Shown here piece after piece: positions 18,858 to 28,201 of a stretch of DNA of 64,000 bases (within the stretch, counting starts at the first letter, position 1; every line of letters starts with the position of its first letter). Source of the stretch: an uncultured candidatus Porisulfidus sp. (GTDB lineage: Bacteria; Pseudomonadota; Gammaproteobacteria; Poriferisulfidales; Oxydemutatoraceae); the NCBI GenBank assembly GCA_965215125.1, contig OZ244052.1:1824001-1888000 (forward strand), in the 5' to 3' direction. The translations under genes were made by a program, and so were the position numbers. The notes beneath the pieces are model-generated. The model was not told the origin of the DNA and ran no database searches. It saw only the letters and a list, made by a program, of their open reading frames with translations.

Positions 18858-21800
18858 TTAAGCTGCTTTCAATAGGCTTGCCATCAGCATATCGAGTTCC
18901 GCCGCTTTGGGTTTGACCAACCAGAATTTAGGCAAATAGGTAGAGAAATCGTCAAGCATAGACTGTGCAAATAGGCTACCTGTTTTTCGGTGGTGTTCGG
19001 TCAATAGGATATATAAATAATCTCGTTGTTGATCCATCTCTTCGATATCTATGCGATAGATATCAATCATCTCGTGGTTGTACAGGTCGCTAAAGTTGGT
19101 TTGTTGGTCAAAGACCATTGCTAATCCGCCGGTCATTCCGGCACCGAAATTAAGGCCGGTTTTACCCAGCACCACAACAAAGCCGCCGGTCATATATTCG
19201 CATCCGTGGTCGCCCACACCTTCCACGACTGCGATTGTGCCGGAGTTCCTCACTGCAAAACGCTCGCCTGCTTTGCCGGCAGCAAAAAACTTTCCACCGG
19301 TAGCACCGTAAAGGCAAGTGTTTCCGACAATCGGCATTTTTTGCGATTGTTCCGCTATTTGCGGTGGCGGATAAATGGCAATTTCTCCGGCTGCCATCCC
19401 TTTGCCTACATAATCGTTTGCATCGCCTTCCAGGTGTAGATGCAAGCCACCGGCATTCCAAACCCCGAAGCTCTGCCCGGCAGTACCTTTGAAATAAACA
19501 TCCAACGGTGTATCCGACATGTCATAATTTCCGTATCGCTTGGCAATTTCGCCGGAGACCCGTGCACCGATAGAACGATCCACATTGCGGATATTGTAGT
19601 GAAATTCGCCGCCTGTTTTATTTTTTACGGCATCCTTCATATCCGCAACCATGCGCTCTGCGAGGATGCCTCGGTCAAACGGCTTATTACGTTCGTAGGT
19701 GCAAAACTGAGGCTTGTCGGCGGCAACACCCCCATCGGATAAAATAGCATTCAAGTCTAATCCGCTTTGCCGATGCGGTAATTCCTCTACAAGTTCCAAT
19801 AAATCAAGTTGTCCGATCAAGTCTTCAAATTTTCTAACGCCTAAGTACGCCATCCATTCGCGTGTCTCTTTGGCAATAAAGAGAAAATAATTTCTAACCA
19901 TCTGCATTTTGCCGATGAAGTGTTTCAGACGCAACACTTTGTTTTGGGTGGCAACTCCGGTTGCACAGTTGTTGAGATGACATATTCTCAGATATTTGCA
20001 GCCCATGGCAATCATCGGGGCGGTACCGAAGCCGAAGCTCTCGGCACCTAGAATCGCCGCTTTGACTACGTCTAAACCGGTTTTTAAGCCGCCGTCGGTT
20101 TGCAATCTTACTTTGTCGCGTAGGTCGTTGTTGCGTAATGCCAAATGCGTCTCGGGTAGACCGAGCTCCCAGGGTGCACCGGCGTATTTAATGCTGGTGA
20201 GGGGACTTGCACCGGTGCCGCCGTCGTAGCCCGATATCGTAATCAGGTCGGCATAGGCTTTGGCAACGCCGACTGCGATCGTGCCGACACCGGCTTCGGC
20301 AACCAATTTCACCGAGACTAAAACTTTAGGATTGACTTGCTTCAAATCAAAGATTAATTGCGCAAGGTCTTCTATCGAATATATATCGTGGTGCGGAGGT
20401 GGAGAAATCAGTGCGATGCCTTCGCTAGAATGTCTCAGTTTTGCAATCATTTTGTTGACTTTGGTTCCCGGTAGTTGGCCGCCCTCACCGGGTTTTGCAC
20501 CTTGTGCAATTTTGATCTGCATGACTTCCGCGTCGCTAAGATAATGCGGGGTTACACCGAAACGTCCCGATGCGACTTGCTTGATTTTGGATGACTTATC
20601 GGTACCGAATCTCTTCGGGTCTTCGCCGCCTTCGCCGGAGTTTGAACGCCCGCCCAAGCTGTTCATCGCTTCCGCCAATGTTTCGTGTGCTTCGGGGGAT
20701 AGTGCCCCTAAGGACATACCTGCAGAGTCAAAGCGTTTGACGATGTGTTCCTCTACTTCTACCTCGTCTAGCGGCACCGGAGTTTTGGGCTTTAGCTTCA
20801 GCAAATCCCTGAATACCGCCGGTTGACGGTGGTTGACATGATCGGCGAAGACTTTGTATTCGTTGTAATCCGAGTCTTGTACGGCTTTTTGCAGACTTTG
20901 CACGACATCGGGGTTGAATGCATGGTATTCCCCGTCGTGTATGTATTTTAATAACCCGCCTTGTTGCAACGGTTCGGAGCGGTTCCGAGCGAGCTTTGCC
21001 AATTTCTTTTGATCATCCTCTAGATCCGAGAAGCGCAAGCCTTGTAGCCTGCTGGTAGTACCTGTGAAACACAGTGCGACAACCTCGTCGTGCAAGCCGA
21101 CTATTTCAAATAATTGTGCGCCTCTGTAACTTGTAATCGTAGAGATGCCCATCTTGGATATGATTTTCAAAAGACCTTTGTTGATGGCTTGGCGGTACAC
21201 AGAACAAATAGTCACCAGCGGTTTAGCATTGTCAATTTCCTGCTTGCGGTACATGCCGGCGAGACATTGATAACTGAGATAAGGGAATATGGCACTTGCG
21301 CCGTAGCCAATCAGAGTCGCAAAATGATGCGGGTCCCGCGCAGTCGCAGTTTCTATGAGGATATTGCATTGACACCGCAATCCTTCTTTGATTAGGCGGT
21401 GGTGCACCGCACCGCAGGCGAGCAGGGCGTGTATGTTGAGACGATCCGAAGCTATTTGTCTGTCGGATAGTACGATTATTAGAAAGTCTTTCTTACGTGA
21501 AGCTTCTACAACTTGGTCGCAAAGTTGTATTATTGCAGAATGTAGGTTGTGTTCGCTCGAATAACTAAGGTTGAAAATTTGATGGGGAAATTTCTCAAGT
21601 TCCAGGATAGTGCGAAACTTGTATTCGGATAGTACCGGTGATCTCAATAACAGGCGATCTACCTCCGGCAATTCATCAAAAGGATTCATCTCGCAGCCCA
21701 ATGCCGTTTCCAATCCCATCACAATACGCTCTCGTAAGGGGTCTATAGGTGGGTTGGTGACCTGTGCGAATTGTTGGCGGAAATTATCAAACAACGAGCG

Positions 21801-23303
21801 TACTTGAGAGGACAACACCGGCAGTGGGGTATCGTCGCCCATAGAACCAACCGCTTCCTGTCCGACCTGCGCTAACACTTTGAGTACTTGTTCTCTCTCC
21901 TCATACGATAGATTGAACATTTTCTGGTAATTGCGTAATTGTTCGTCATCTAATGGTTCGTAGACACCCAGAGCTTCATTAGAAGGGGTGGGTACATAGT
22001 GTGCGTGTTTTTTTAACCATTGACGATAAGGGTATCTGGATTTTAACTCTTCGTTAATCATTTCAGGCAACATCAAGGTGCCTGTTTGAGTGTCAACCGC
22101 GATCATCTGTCCGGGCTTTAGTCTGCCTTTGGTTTCTACTTCGTCGGCACTATAATCGTAGACCCCAATCTCTGATGCAAGTGTGATAAAACGATCTTTG
22201 GTAATAATATAGCGCGCCGGCCGCAAACCATTTCTATCCATAGAACATGCTGCATAACGACCATCGGTTAAGACGATGCCGGCGGGACCGTCCCAAGGTT
22301 CCATGTGGAAGGAATTATAGCCGTAGTAGGCGCGTAGGTCGGGATCTATGTGGCTGACATTCTGCCACGCCGGTGGTATCAACAAGCGTATCGCACTACA
22401 TAGGTCCATACCCCCCATCATAAGGATTTCGAGCATATTATCTAAACTGCACGAATCCGACCCTCTCATAGAAACCAACGGCATCAATTCGGTCAGATCA
22501 GGCAGCTGAGAGCTCTTTAATATATGTGCCCGTGCAGCAGCCCAATTACGGTTACCGCAAATAGTGTTGATTTCGCCGTTATGTGCCAGAAAACGGAACG
22601 GTTGGGCCAAATACCATTGCGGGTGTGTATTGGTTGAGAAACGCTGATGGAAAACACACAAAGACGATTCTAACGACTCTTCGGCAAGGTCGGGATAAAA
22701 AACCGGCAGATTATCGGGCATTATTAAGCCTTTATAAGAAAGTGTTCGCGAAGACAAACTCGCAATATAGAAAGCGGTGCCGGTTAATGCAATCTCCGCT
22801 TTACGGCGCGCAACAAACAAGGCTTGCTCGGTGTTTTTCATCGATTCTTTTATGTTGACAAACACCTGTGCTATATTCGGTAAAGTTTTAAGTGCTTCTG
22901 CACCGCACGCCTTGGGGTTGATAGGCACCGTACGCCAACCGGCAATTTCAAAGCCTTGTTCAATGAGTTGTAGATTCAATATCTCCTGCCATTGTTTTGC
23001 TATTTTTTTATCTTTTGATAGAAATACTACGCCGACAGCGAAATTTTCGGCTAAATTGATATCGGCTACATCGGCTTTTGCCCGCATATAGTCCAGCGGC
23101 ATTTTCATCAAAAGCCCGCAACCATCGCCGGTTTTCCCGTCCGCCGATATAGCACCGCGATGTGTCAAACGTCCTAGCGACTGTATTGCGGTTTTGACCA
23201 ACCAGTGACTTGCCTGTCCGTCCATCTGGGTGATTAAACCGAAACCGCAACTGTCTTTTTCAAATTCGGGACGATAGAGCCCTTTGGTTAATAATTTAGA
23301 CAC
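18858..23303 (-). CDS. gltB: Glutamate synthase large subunit
   Basis: CGFG N-terminal amidotransferase, HQRFSTNT, GAKPGEGGQLPG, CHLNNCATG, GXGXG domain. Confidence 0.98.
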   Translation of the reverse strand: MSKLLTKGLYRPEFEKDSCGFGLITQMDGQASHWLVKTAIQSLGRLTHRGAISADGKTGDGCGLLMKMPLDYMRAKADVADINLAENFAVGVVFLSKDKKIAKQWQEILNLQLIEQGFEIAGWRTVPINPKACGAEALKTLPNIAQVFVNIKESMKNTEQALFVARRKAEIALTGTAFYIASLSSRTLSYKGLIMPDNLPVFYPDLAEESLESSLCVFHQRFSTNTHPQWYLAQPFRFLAHNGEINTICGNRNWAAARAHILKSSQLPDLTELMPLVSMRGSDSCSLDNMLEILMMGGMDLCSAIRLLIPPAWQNVSHIDPDLRAYYGYNSFHMEPWDGPAGIVLTDGRYAACSMDRNGLRPARYIITKDRFITLASEIGVYDYSADEVETKGRLKPGQMIAVDTQTGTLMLPEMINEELKSRYPYRQWLKKHAHYVPTPSNEALGVYEPLDDEQLRNYQKMFNLSYEEREQVLKVLAQVGQEAVGSMGDDTPLPVLSSQVRSLFDNFRQQFAQVTNPPIDPLRERIVMGLETALGCEMNPFDELPEVDRLLLRSPVLSEYKFRTILELEKFPHQIFNLSYSSEHNLHSAIIQLCDQVVEASRKKDFLIIVLSDRQIASDRLNIHALLACGAVHHRLIKEGLRCQCNILIETATARDPHHFATLIGYGASAIFPYLSYQCLAGMYRKQEIDNAKPLVTICSVYRQAINKGLLKIISKMGISTITSYRGAQLFEIVGLHDEVVALCFTGTTSRLQGLRFSDLEDDQKKLAKLARNRSEPLQQGGLLKYIHDGEYHAFNPDVVQSLQKAVQDSDYNEYKVFADHVNHRQPAVFRDLLKLKPKTPVPLDEVEVEEHIVKRFDSAGMSLGALSPEAHETLAEAMNSLGGRSNSGEGGEDPKRFGTDKSSKIKQVASGRFGVTPHYLSDAEVMQIKIAQGAKPGEGGQLPGTKVNKMIAKLRHSSEGIALISPPPHHDIYSIEDLAQLIFDLKQVNPKVLVSVKLVAEAGVGTIAVGVAKAYADLITISGYDGGTGASPLTSIKYAGAPWELGLPETHLALRNNDLRDKVRLQTDGGLKTGLDVVKAAILGAESFGFGTAPMIAMGCKYLRICHLNNCATGVATQNKVLRLKHFIGKMQMVRNYFLFIAKETREWMAYLGVRKFEDLIGQLDLLELVEELPHRQSGLDLNAILSDGGVAADKPQFCTYERNKPFDRGILAERMVADMKDAVKNKTGGEFHYNIRNVDRSIGARVSGEIAKRYGNYDMSDTPLDVYFKGTAGQSFGVWNAGGLHLHLEGDANDYVGKGMAAGEIAIYPPPQIAEQSQKMPIVGNTCLYGATGGKFFAAGKAGERFAVRNSGTIAVVEGVGDHGCEYMTGGFVVVLGKTGLNFGAGMTGGLAMVFDQQTNFSDLYNHEMIDIYRIDIEEMDQQRDYLYILLTEHHRKTGSLFAQSMLDDFSTYLPKFWLVKPKAAELDMLMASLLKAA

Positions 23304-23454
23304 CTTTTACACTCAAGATTAATTAATAAGATGTAATTATACTATGCTCTCCTTAAATTTTAGTAATAGCATCAGTAGAACCGCCTAGCTTGGTGGAGCT
23401 GTGTTATACTTATGAGAAAATATCATGAATTACTAACACAAGGAGTAAATATTA

Positions 23455-23685
23455 ATGTCTGAGATAGCATTATATAACACATTGAGAAAGATACCCGATG
23501 TGTCCGATGATGAAGCAAAGGAAGCAATAGCCGATATTGCGAGTTTGAAGGAAGTAGCGACTAAGGCAGACATAAAAGATATGGCGACTAAAGCCGATGT
23601 AGAAAGGATGGGGCGGATAATGATTATGTGGATGGTCGGTGTAGGTGTGGCGGTTGCCGGAATAGTAATTGCGGTAGTAGGGTAG
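23455..23685 (+). CDS. Small coiled-coil/TM protein (CCDC90/DUF1640-like), paralogue 3
   Basis: SD AAGGAG. MSEIALYNTLRKIPDVSDDEAKEA...TKADIKDMATKADV followed by a TM tail. Confidence 0.72.
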   Translation: MSEIALYNTLRKIPDVSDDEAKEAIADIASLKEVATKADIKDMATKADVERMGRIMIMWMVGVGVAVAGIVIAVVG

Positions 23686-23706
23686 CTGATATTGTGCAGA
23701 CACGCA

Positions 23707-23997
23707 GGGGCTGTTGAAAAAGTATTTCATACACCGTAGGGGCGGACTTCAAAATTGCCGATTGACCTACCGGCTCAATCGGCGGCTCTATTCTGCCCGT
23801 AACGCGTTGCGCCTGCACGATTTATAAATTCATTCATCCAATTTATGGAAACCAAAACCAAATGGCGCGAGCGGTTGCAGTTATTCCAAACGGTACTTTA
23901 GGGCAGACATATCAGTCTGCCCCTACAGGTGGTTTGGGTAATTATGTGACGCAAAGCGGTTGGATTTGTGCGATGTCTGCACTTTTTCAACAACCCC
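23707..23997. mobile_element. MITE (291 bp) with 17-bp TIRs and 5-bp TSD
   Basis: TIRs GGGGCTGTTGAAAAAGT / ACTTTTTCAACAACCCC (1 mismatch). ACGCA duplicated at 23702-23706 and 23998-24002. Internal GTAGGGGCGGAC...GTCTGCCCCTAC REP-like pair. Confidence 0.8.
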
Positions 23998-24002
23998 ACG
24001 CA

Positions 24003-24100
24003 GCAACCACCCCATGGAAAGGCTTTACATTTTGTACTATGTACTAAGATTTTGCACAATGTGACGCCGATTGCCCAACTGGAGCAAACGGCGGTTCTAT
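24003..24100. repeat. Composite repeat copy abutting the trkH stop
   Basis: GCAACCACCCCATGGAAAGGCTTTACATTTTG...GGCGGTTCTAT. Its CTA supplies the trkH TAG. Confidence 0.8.
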
Positions 24101-25551
24101 TTGCGCCAAAATATCGGTGTGAATAATACCAATAATGCAAAAATTTCAAGCCGTCCTAAAATCATGGCAAAGCACAGGATCCATTTGTTGGCATCGCCGA
24201 GTGTGGCGTAGTGTTCACCGACGATACCGAGCCCGGGGCCCAGATTATTAATTGTTGCCATCGTTGCGGAAAATGCGGTTTCTTGATCCAGTCCGGTTGC
24301 CATCAGCAATAACAAAATGACGATAATACTTCCTATATACGCAGAAAAGAAACCCCATACCGATTGTATTACCCGGTCGCTCAATGCCATATCGTCTATT
24401 TTTAGCAACACACATGCGCTGGGATGGACTAGTTGTTTCATCTCTCTAATACCTTGGCGCAACAGGAGCCAAAAGCGAATTACTTTCATGCCGCCGCCGG
24501 TAGAACCGCTACACCCCCCTATGGAACTTGCGAATAGTAGTAGTAGGGGCACGAATCCCATCCACATATAGTGCGGTGCTACGGTGTATCCGGTGGTTGT
24601 TGCAAAAGAGACGGCACTGAAAGCACCTATCAAAACAGATTCTTTTAGTGTACTCGCATGTGCGGTGTACAAAAACGATACCGCGAGTATCGCAACGATT
24701 AAAATGACGGATAGAAACACCTTAAACTCGGTGTCTCGCCAATAGCCGGTTAAAGCGCGGCGATGCCAAGCCAAGAAATGCAAACTAAAGTTAATGCCGG
24801 CAATCAACATAAAGGTCATCGCGATAATCAATATTGCCGGGTTGTCCGAGAAATATGCGAAGTTTTCATTGTGTGTCGAGAAACCGCCGATTGAGACGGT
24901 AGAAAAGCTATGGCACAAGGCATCGAATTTTGACATGCCCGCTGCCCAATAGGCGACTGCGCACAGTGCGGTTAGAGATAAATAGATATAGCCCAACATT
25001 CTGGAAATCTCGCTGACCCTAGGCAATGGTTTTGTTTTACGCACCGAGGATAGCATTTCGGTACGGTACAACTGCATGCTACCGACACCGAGCATCGGGG
25101 CAATAATAATTGCAATGACGATGATGCCGATTCCGCCTATCCATTGTAGGAATTGGCGGTAGAACAAAATAGCGTGAGGGACGGTATCTAAGGCGGGAAG
25201 TACACTTGCACCGGTGGTAGTTAAACCGGAGATCGATTCAAACACCGCATCGTGCAACGTTATTTGTGGATTGTCGCCGAGATAAAGCGGTAATGCTGCC
25301 GCCATTCCCAGTACTACCCACGCCAGCACGACCATTAAAAATGCCTCTTTTAGGTGTGTTTCGCCACGGCTATTGCGGTTCGGAAACCATAATAGCAAGC
25401 CTGAAGAGAGAACAACGGTAAAGGATAAGATAAAGGGACGGCTACTCTGCTCTCCGTACCAAGCGTCTATGGGCAACGGCACCAGCATAACGATGCTGAA
25501 CAACATCAGCAAAAGGCCTAATGCGCGTTGTATAGACGGAAGGTGTATCAT
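24097..25551 (-). CDS. trkH: Trk potassium uptake membrane protein
   Basis: FESISGLTTTGAS, GGCSGSTGGGMK, GRLEIF. Confidence 0.96.
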   Translation of the reverse strand: MIHLPSIQRALGLLLMLFSIVMLVPLPIDAWYGEQSSRPFILSFTVVLSSGLLLWFPNRNSRGETHLKEAFLMVVLAWVVLGMAAALPLYLGDNPQITLHDAVFESISGLTTTGASVLPALDTVPHAILFYRQFLQWIGGIGIIVIAIIIAPMLGVGSMQLYRTEMLSSVRKTKPLPRVSEISRMLGYIYLSLTALCAVAYWAAGMSKFDALCHSFSTVSIGGFSTHNENFAYFSDNPAILIIAMTFMLIAGINFSLHFLAWHRRALTGYWRDTEFKVFLSVILIVAILAVSFLYTAHASTLKESVLIGAFSAVSFATTTGYTVAPHYMWMGFVPLLLLFASSIGGCSGSTGGGMKVIRFWLLLRQGIREMKQLVHPSACVLLKIDDMALSDRVIQSVWGFFSAYIGSIIVILLLLMATGLDQETAFSATMATINNLGPGLGIVGEHYATLGDANKWILCFAMILGRLEIFALLVLFTPIFWRK

Positions 25552-26933
25552 CAGTAAATGGCTGTGACCATAAAAAGTTTTTCCACACTAGGGATGTGCT
25601 TTTTACTTTTGACGAATACGATTACATGATCCTCGGGTTCAATAATCACATCATGAGTCGCCGGCAATATATGCTCGTTTCTTAGAATCATGCTGACCAT
25701 AACGCCGGGCGGCAAACGGACTTGACTTAAGGGTCGTCCCACAACTTTGGATGAACGAGCATCACCGTGTACTACGAGTTCTATCACTTCTGCATCACTG
25801 TGCTTTAGGGTATGCGTAGCAACCGTATCTCCTTTTCTAACATGGCAAAGCAACGAACCGAAAGAGGCTTGTTGGGGCGATAAGGTTATATCTATATTGA
25901 CATGATTCAAATGCACCAATTCTAAATAGCTTTGGCGATTTATCAATGCCAACACATGGCTGGCACCCAGGTGTTTGCAAAGCAGAGCCGATAAGATATT
26001 GTCTTCTTCCCTATTGGTTACCGCACACATCATATCGGTACGTTTAATATTCTCGTCTATTAGGATATTTTCGTTGGTTGCATCGCCGTGCAGTACTACC
26101 ACTTTATTGCCCAGACGCTCGGCAAGCATCTTCGCTCGTGCGATATCGGGTTCGAGTAGTTTGATTTTGTAGTCGTTTTGCAAAAGCTCGGCAAGGCTCA
26201 TACCGATTTGTCCGCCGCCGGCAATCATAATTGTTTTAAGGGGGCGATAATCGCAGCCTAGTGCTTTCATGATTTGCGAGACTTGTGTTTTAGGGGCTAC
26301 GAAAAAGACTTCATCGTCGGTTTGTATCACGGTTTGTTCGTCTACAAAATGAATTTCTTCGTCTCGGAAGATAGCCGAAAGATGCATCGGAATTTCGGAT
26401 GACGATTGTATGATTTGCGATACCGAGCGACCGATCCACGAACCGTCTTGTCGTGCCTTGCCGCAAACCATCAACAAGTGTCCACTACCCAATTCGGCAA
26501 TTTGTATGGCACCCGGGTTTTCTATGAGCAGTTTGATGTTATGTGCAACCGAAAGTTCCGGGCTGACGAGTACATCTATGGGAACAACGTCTTTACCGAA
26601 TAGTCTACTTTTCTCTTCTAGATATCCTCGTGTGGTAACTTTTGCGATTTTAGTGGGAATATCAAAAATAGTATGCGCAATTCTACAGGCGATGATGTTC
26701 TCTTCGTCGCGATCGTTTAATGCAATCAACATATCCGCATCTTCGGCATCGGCTTGTGCCAAGACTTCCGGGTGCGATCCTTGTCCGACGATTGTTCTCA
26801 GATCGAATATGCTTTGTATGTCTTGGAATAGTCGGAAATCTTTATCAACCAAGGTGACATCGTTGTTCTCCTCCGCCAAATTGAGTGCCAGCGCAATACC
26901 CAAGTGATTAGCACCTAGAACGATAACTTTCAT
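25551..26933 (-). CDS. trkA: Trk potassium uptake NAD-binding subunit
   Basis: Two RCK_N/RCK_C units, IAGGGQIG, translationally coupled to trkH. Confidence 0.95.
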   Translation of the reverse strand: MKVIVLGANHLGIALALNLAEENNDVTLVDKDFRLFQDIQSIFDLRTIVGQGSHPEVLAQADAEDADMLIALNDRDEENIIACRIAHTIFDIPTKIAKVTTRGYLEEKSRLFGKDVVPIDVLVSPELSVAHNIKLLIENPGAIQIAELGSGHLLMVCGKARQDGSWIGRSVSQIIQSSSEIPMHLSAIFRDEEIHFVDEQTVIQTDDEVFFVAPKTQVSQIMKALGCDYRPLKTIMIAGGGQIGMSLAELLQNDYKIKLLEPDIARAKMLAERLGNKVVVLHGDATNENILIDENIKRTDMMCAVTNREEDNILSALLCKHLGASHVLALINRQSYLELVHLNHVNIDITLSPQQASFGSLLCHVRKGDTVATHTLKHSDAEVIELVVHGDARSSKVVGRPLSQVRLPPGVMVSMILRNEHILPATHDVIIEPEDHVIVFVKSKKHIPSVEKLFMVTAIY

Positions 26934-28201
26934 TATGCTTTTTTCCTCACGGTCGGGCTTATGCCCAAAGATTTTAATTTACGATACAAATGCGTTCGTT
27001 CCATGCCGGCGCGTGTCGCCAATTTTGATATATTTCCGTCTACTATACGCAATAACTGCTCAAAGTAAATACGCTCAAACGCTTCTCGCGCTTCTCGCAA
27101 CGGTTTCTGCAACAGTAAATCCATGTGCGTATCGCTACTGCGTATTTTTTTTAGTGCGAGACGTGTCTCGCTGGTTGAGATCGCCTCGTCTTTATTTTGT
27201 TGTAATAGATAAATTACTAAGTCGTCAAGTTCCTTCATATTGCTCGGCCAGGTGTGCTGACGCAGATAATTTTGTGCGGCAATAGAGAAACTTCTGTGGT
27301 TGAGCATTTTATCTGCACAATTGTAGTCTATACACGCATTGAGTATTTCCGGGATATCTTCTACATGCCCTCTAATCGGCGGGAGATATAAAACTTCTTG
27401 ATTAAATAGCTTGACCAGCGGTTTGATTAAAGTGCCGTCGTGCCCTAGTTCGTCGGGTTTTCTATCGCCGGTTGCGATAATACGTCCGACCGTATTTTGG
27501 GACAGTATTTCGGCTAAGGCTTTTTGCACTTGCGTGCTCATCGCTACAATGTCTCGGATGAGCAGGGTACTATTTGCGTCGCGTGTAATATCGCCGAGCG
27601 AATCGGCATGGATATCGGAAAGCATACAAGGCGGTGCCAATATCGTGATAGCATGGTTTGCCCGTTCCCCTAGAGAGTGTATATATTTGGCAAAACTCAC
27701 TTTGCCGGTTCCTACCTCTCCGTAAATGAACAGAGGCATATCCGATTGGGCTAGGCTTTGGGCTTGTTTGCGTAGCCGCAAAGCGGTTGCACTCGAACCT
27801 GCGAAAGTGCGTACGGTTGATATACGATTATCGGTATCGGGCAATGCGTGCTTGACGGCTTTTAATAATTTAGCCATCGTCAAAGGTTTCTCTAGAAAGG
27901 CTGTAGCTCCCAGGCGGGTAGACTCTACTGCGGTTTCTATCGTGCCGTGTCCCGACATCATAACGATAGGAAATTTATTTTCATAATGGCGCCTACATTC
28001 TTTTAATAAACTAATCCCGTCTTCTTTAGGCATCCAAATGTCCAGCAAAACGAGATCTGGCAGTTCAAGTTTCAGTCGCTTGCGTGCTTCGTCCGCATCT
28101 TTTGCGGTACTCACTCGGTAGCCTTCGTCTTCCAATATCTCCTTGACTAGCATGCGGATATCGGGTTCGTCGTCTATGACTAAAATATGATTTTCTCTCA
28201 T
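26933..28201 (-). CDS. ntrX: NtrX-like response regulator (REC, degenerate AAA, Fis HTH)
   Basis: LLDIWMP, GHGTIETAV, GEVGTGK, ERTHLYRKLK. No GAFTGA motif. Confidence 0.8.
   Translation of the reverse strand: MRENHILVIDDEPDIRMLVKEILEDEGYRVSTAKDADEARKRLKLELPDLVLLDIWMPKEDGISLLKECRRHYENKFPIVMMSGHGTIETAVESTRLGATAFLEKPLTMAKLLKAVKHALPDTDNRISTVRTFAGSSATALRLRKQAQSLAQSDMPLFIYGEVGTGKVSFAKYIHSLGERANHAITILAPPCMLSDIHADSLGDITRDANSTLLIRDIVAMSTQVQKALAEILSQNTVGRIIATGDRKPDELGHDGTLIKPLVKLFNQEVLYLPPIRGHVEDIPEILNACIDYNCADKMLNHRSFSIAAQNYLRQHTWPSNMKELDDLVIYLLQQNKDEAISTSETRLALKKIRSSDTHMDLLLQKPLREAREAFERIYFEQLLRIVDGNISKLATRAGMERTHLYRKLKSLGISPTVRKKA

Noticed and set aside
26933-28201. True sigma54 activator
   Set aside because: It lacks GAFTGA and has a degenerate Walker B, which fits a degenerate NtrX-type regulator.
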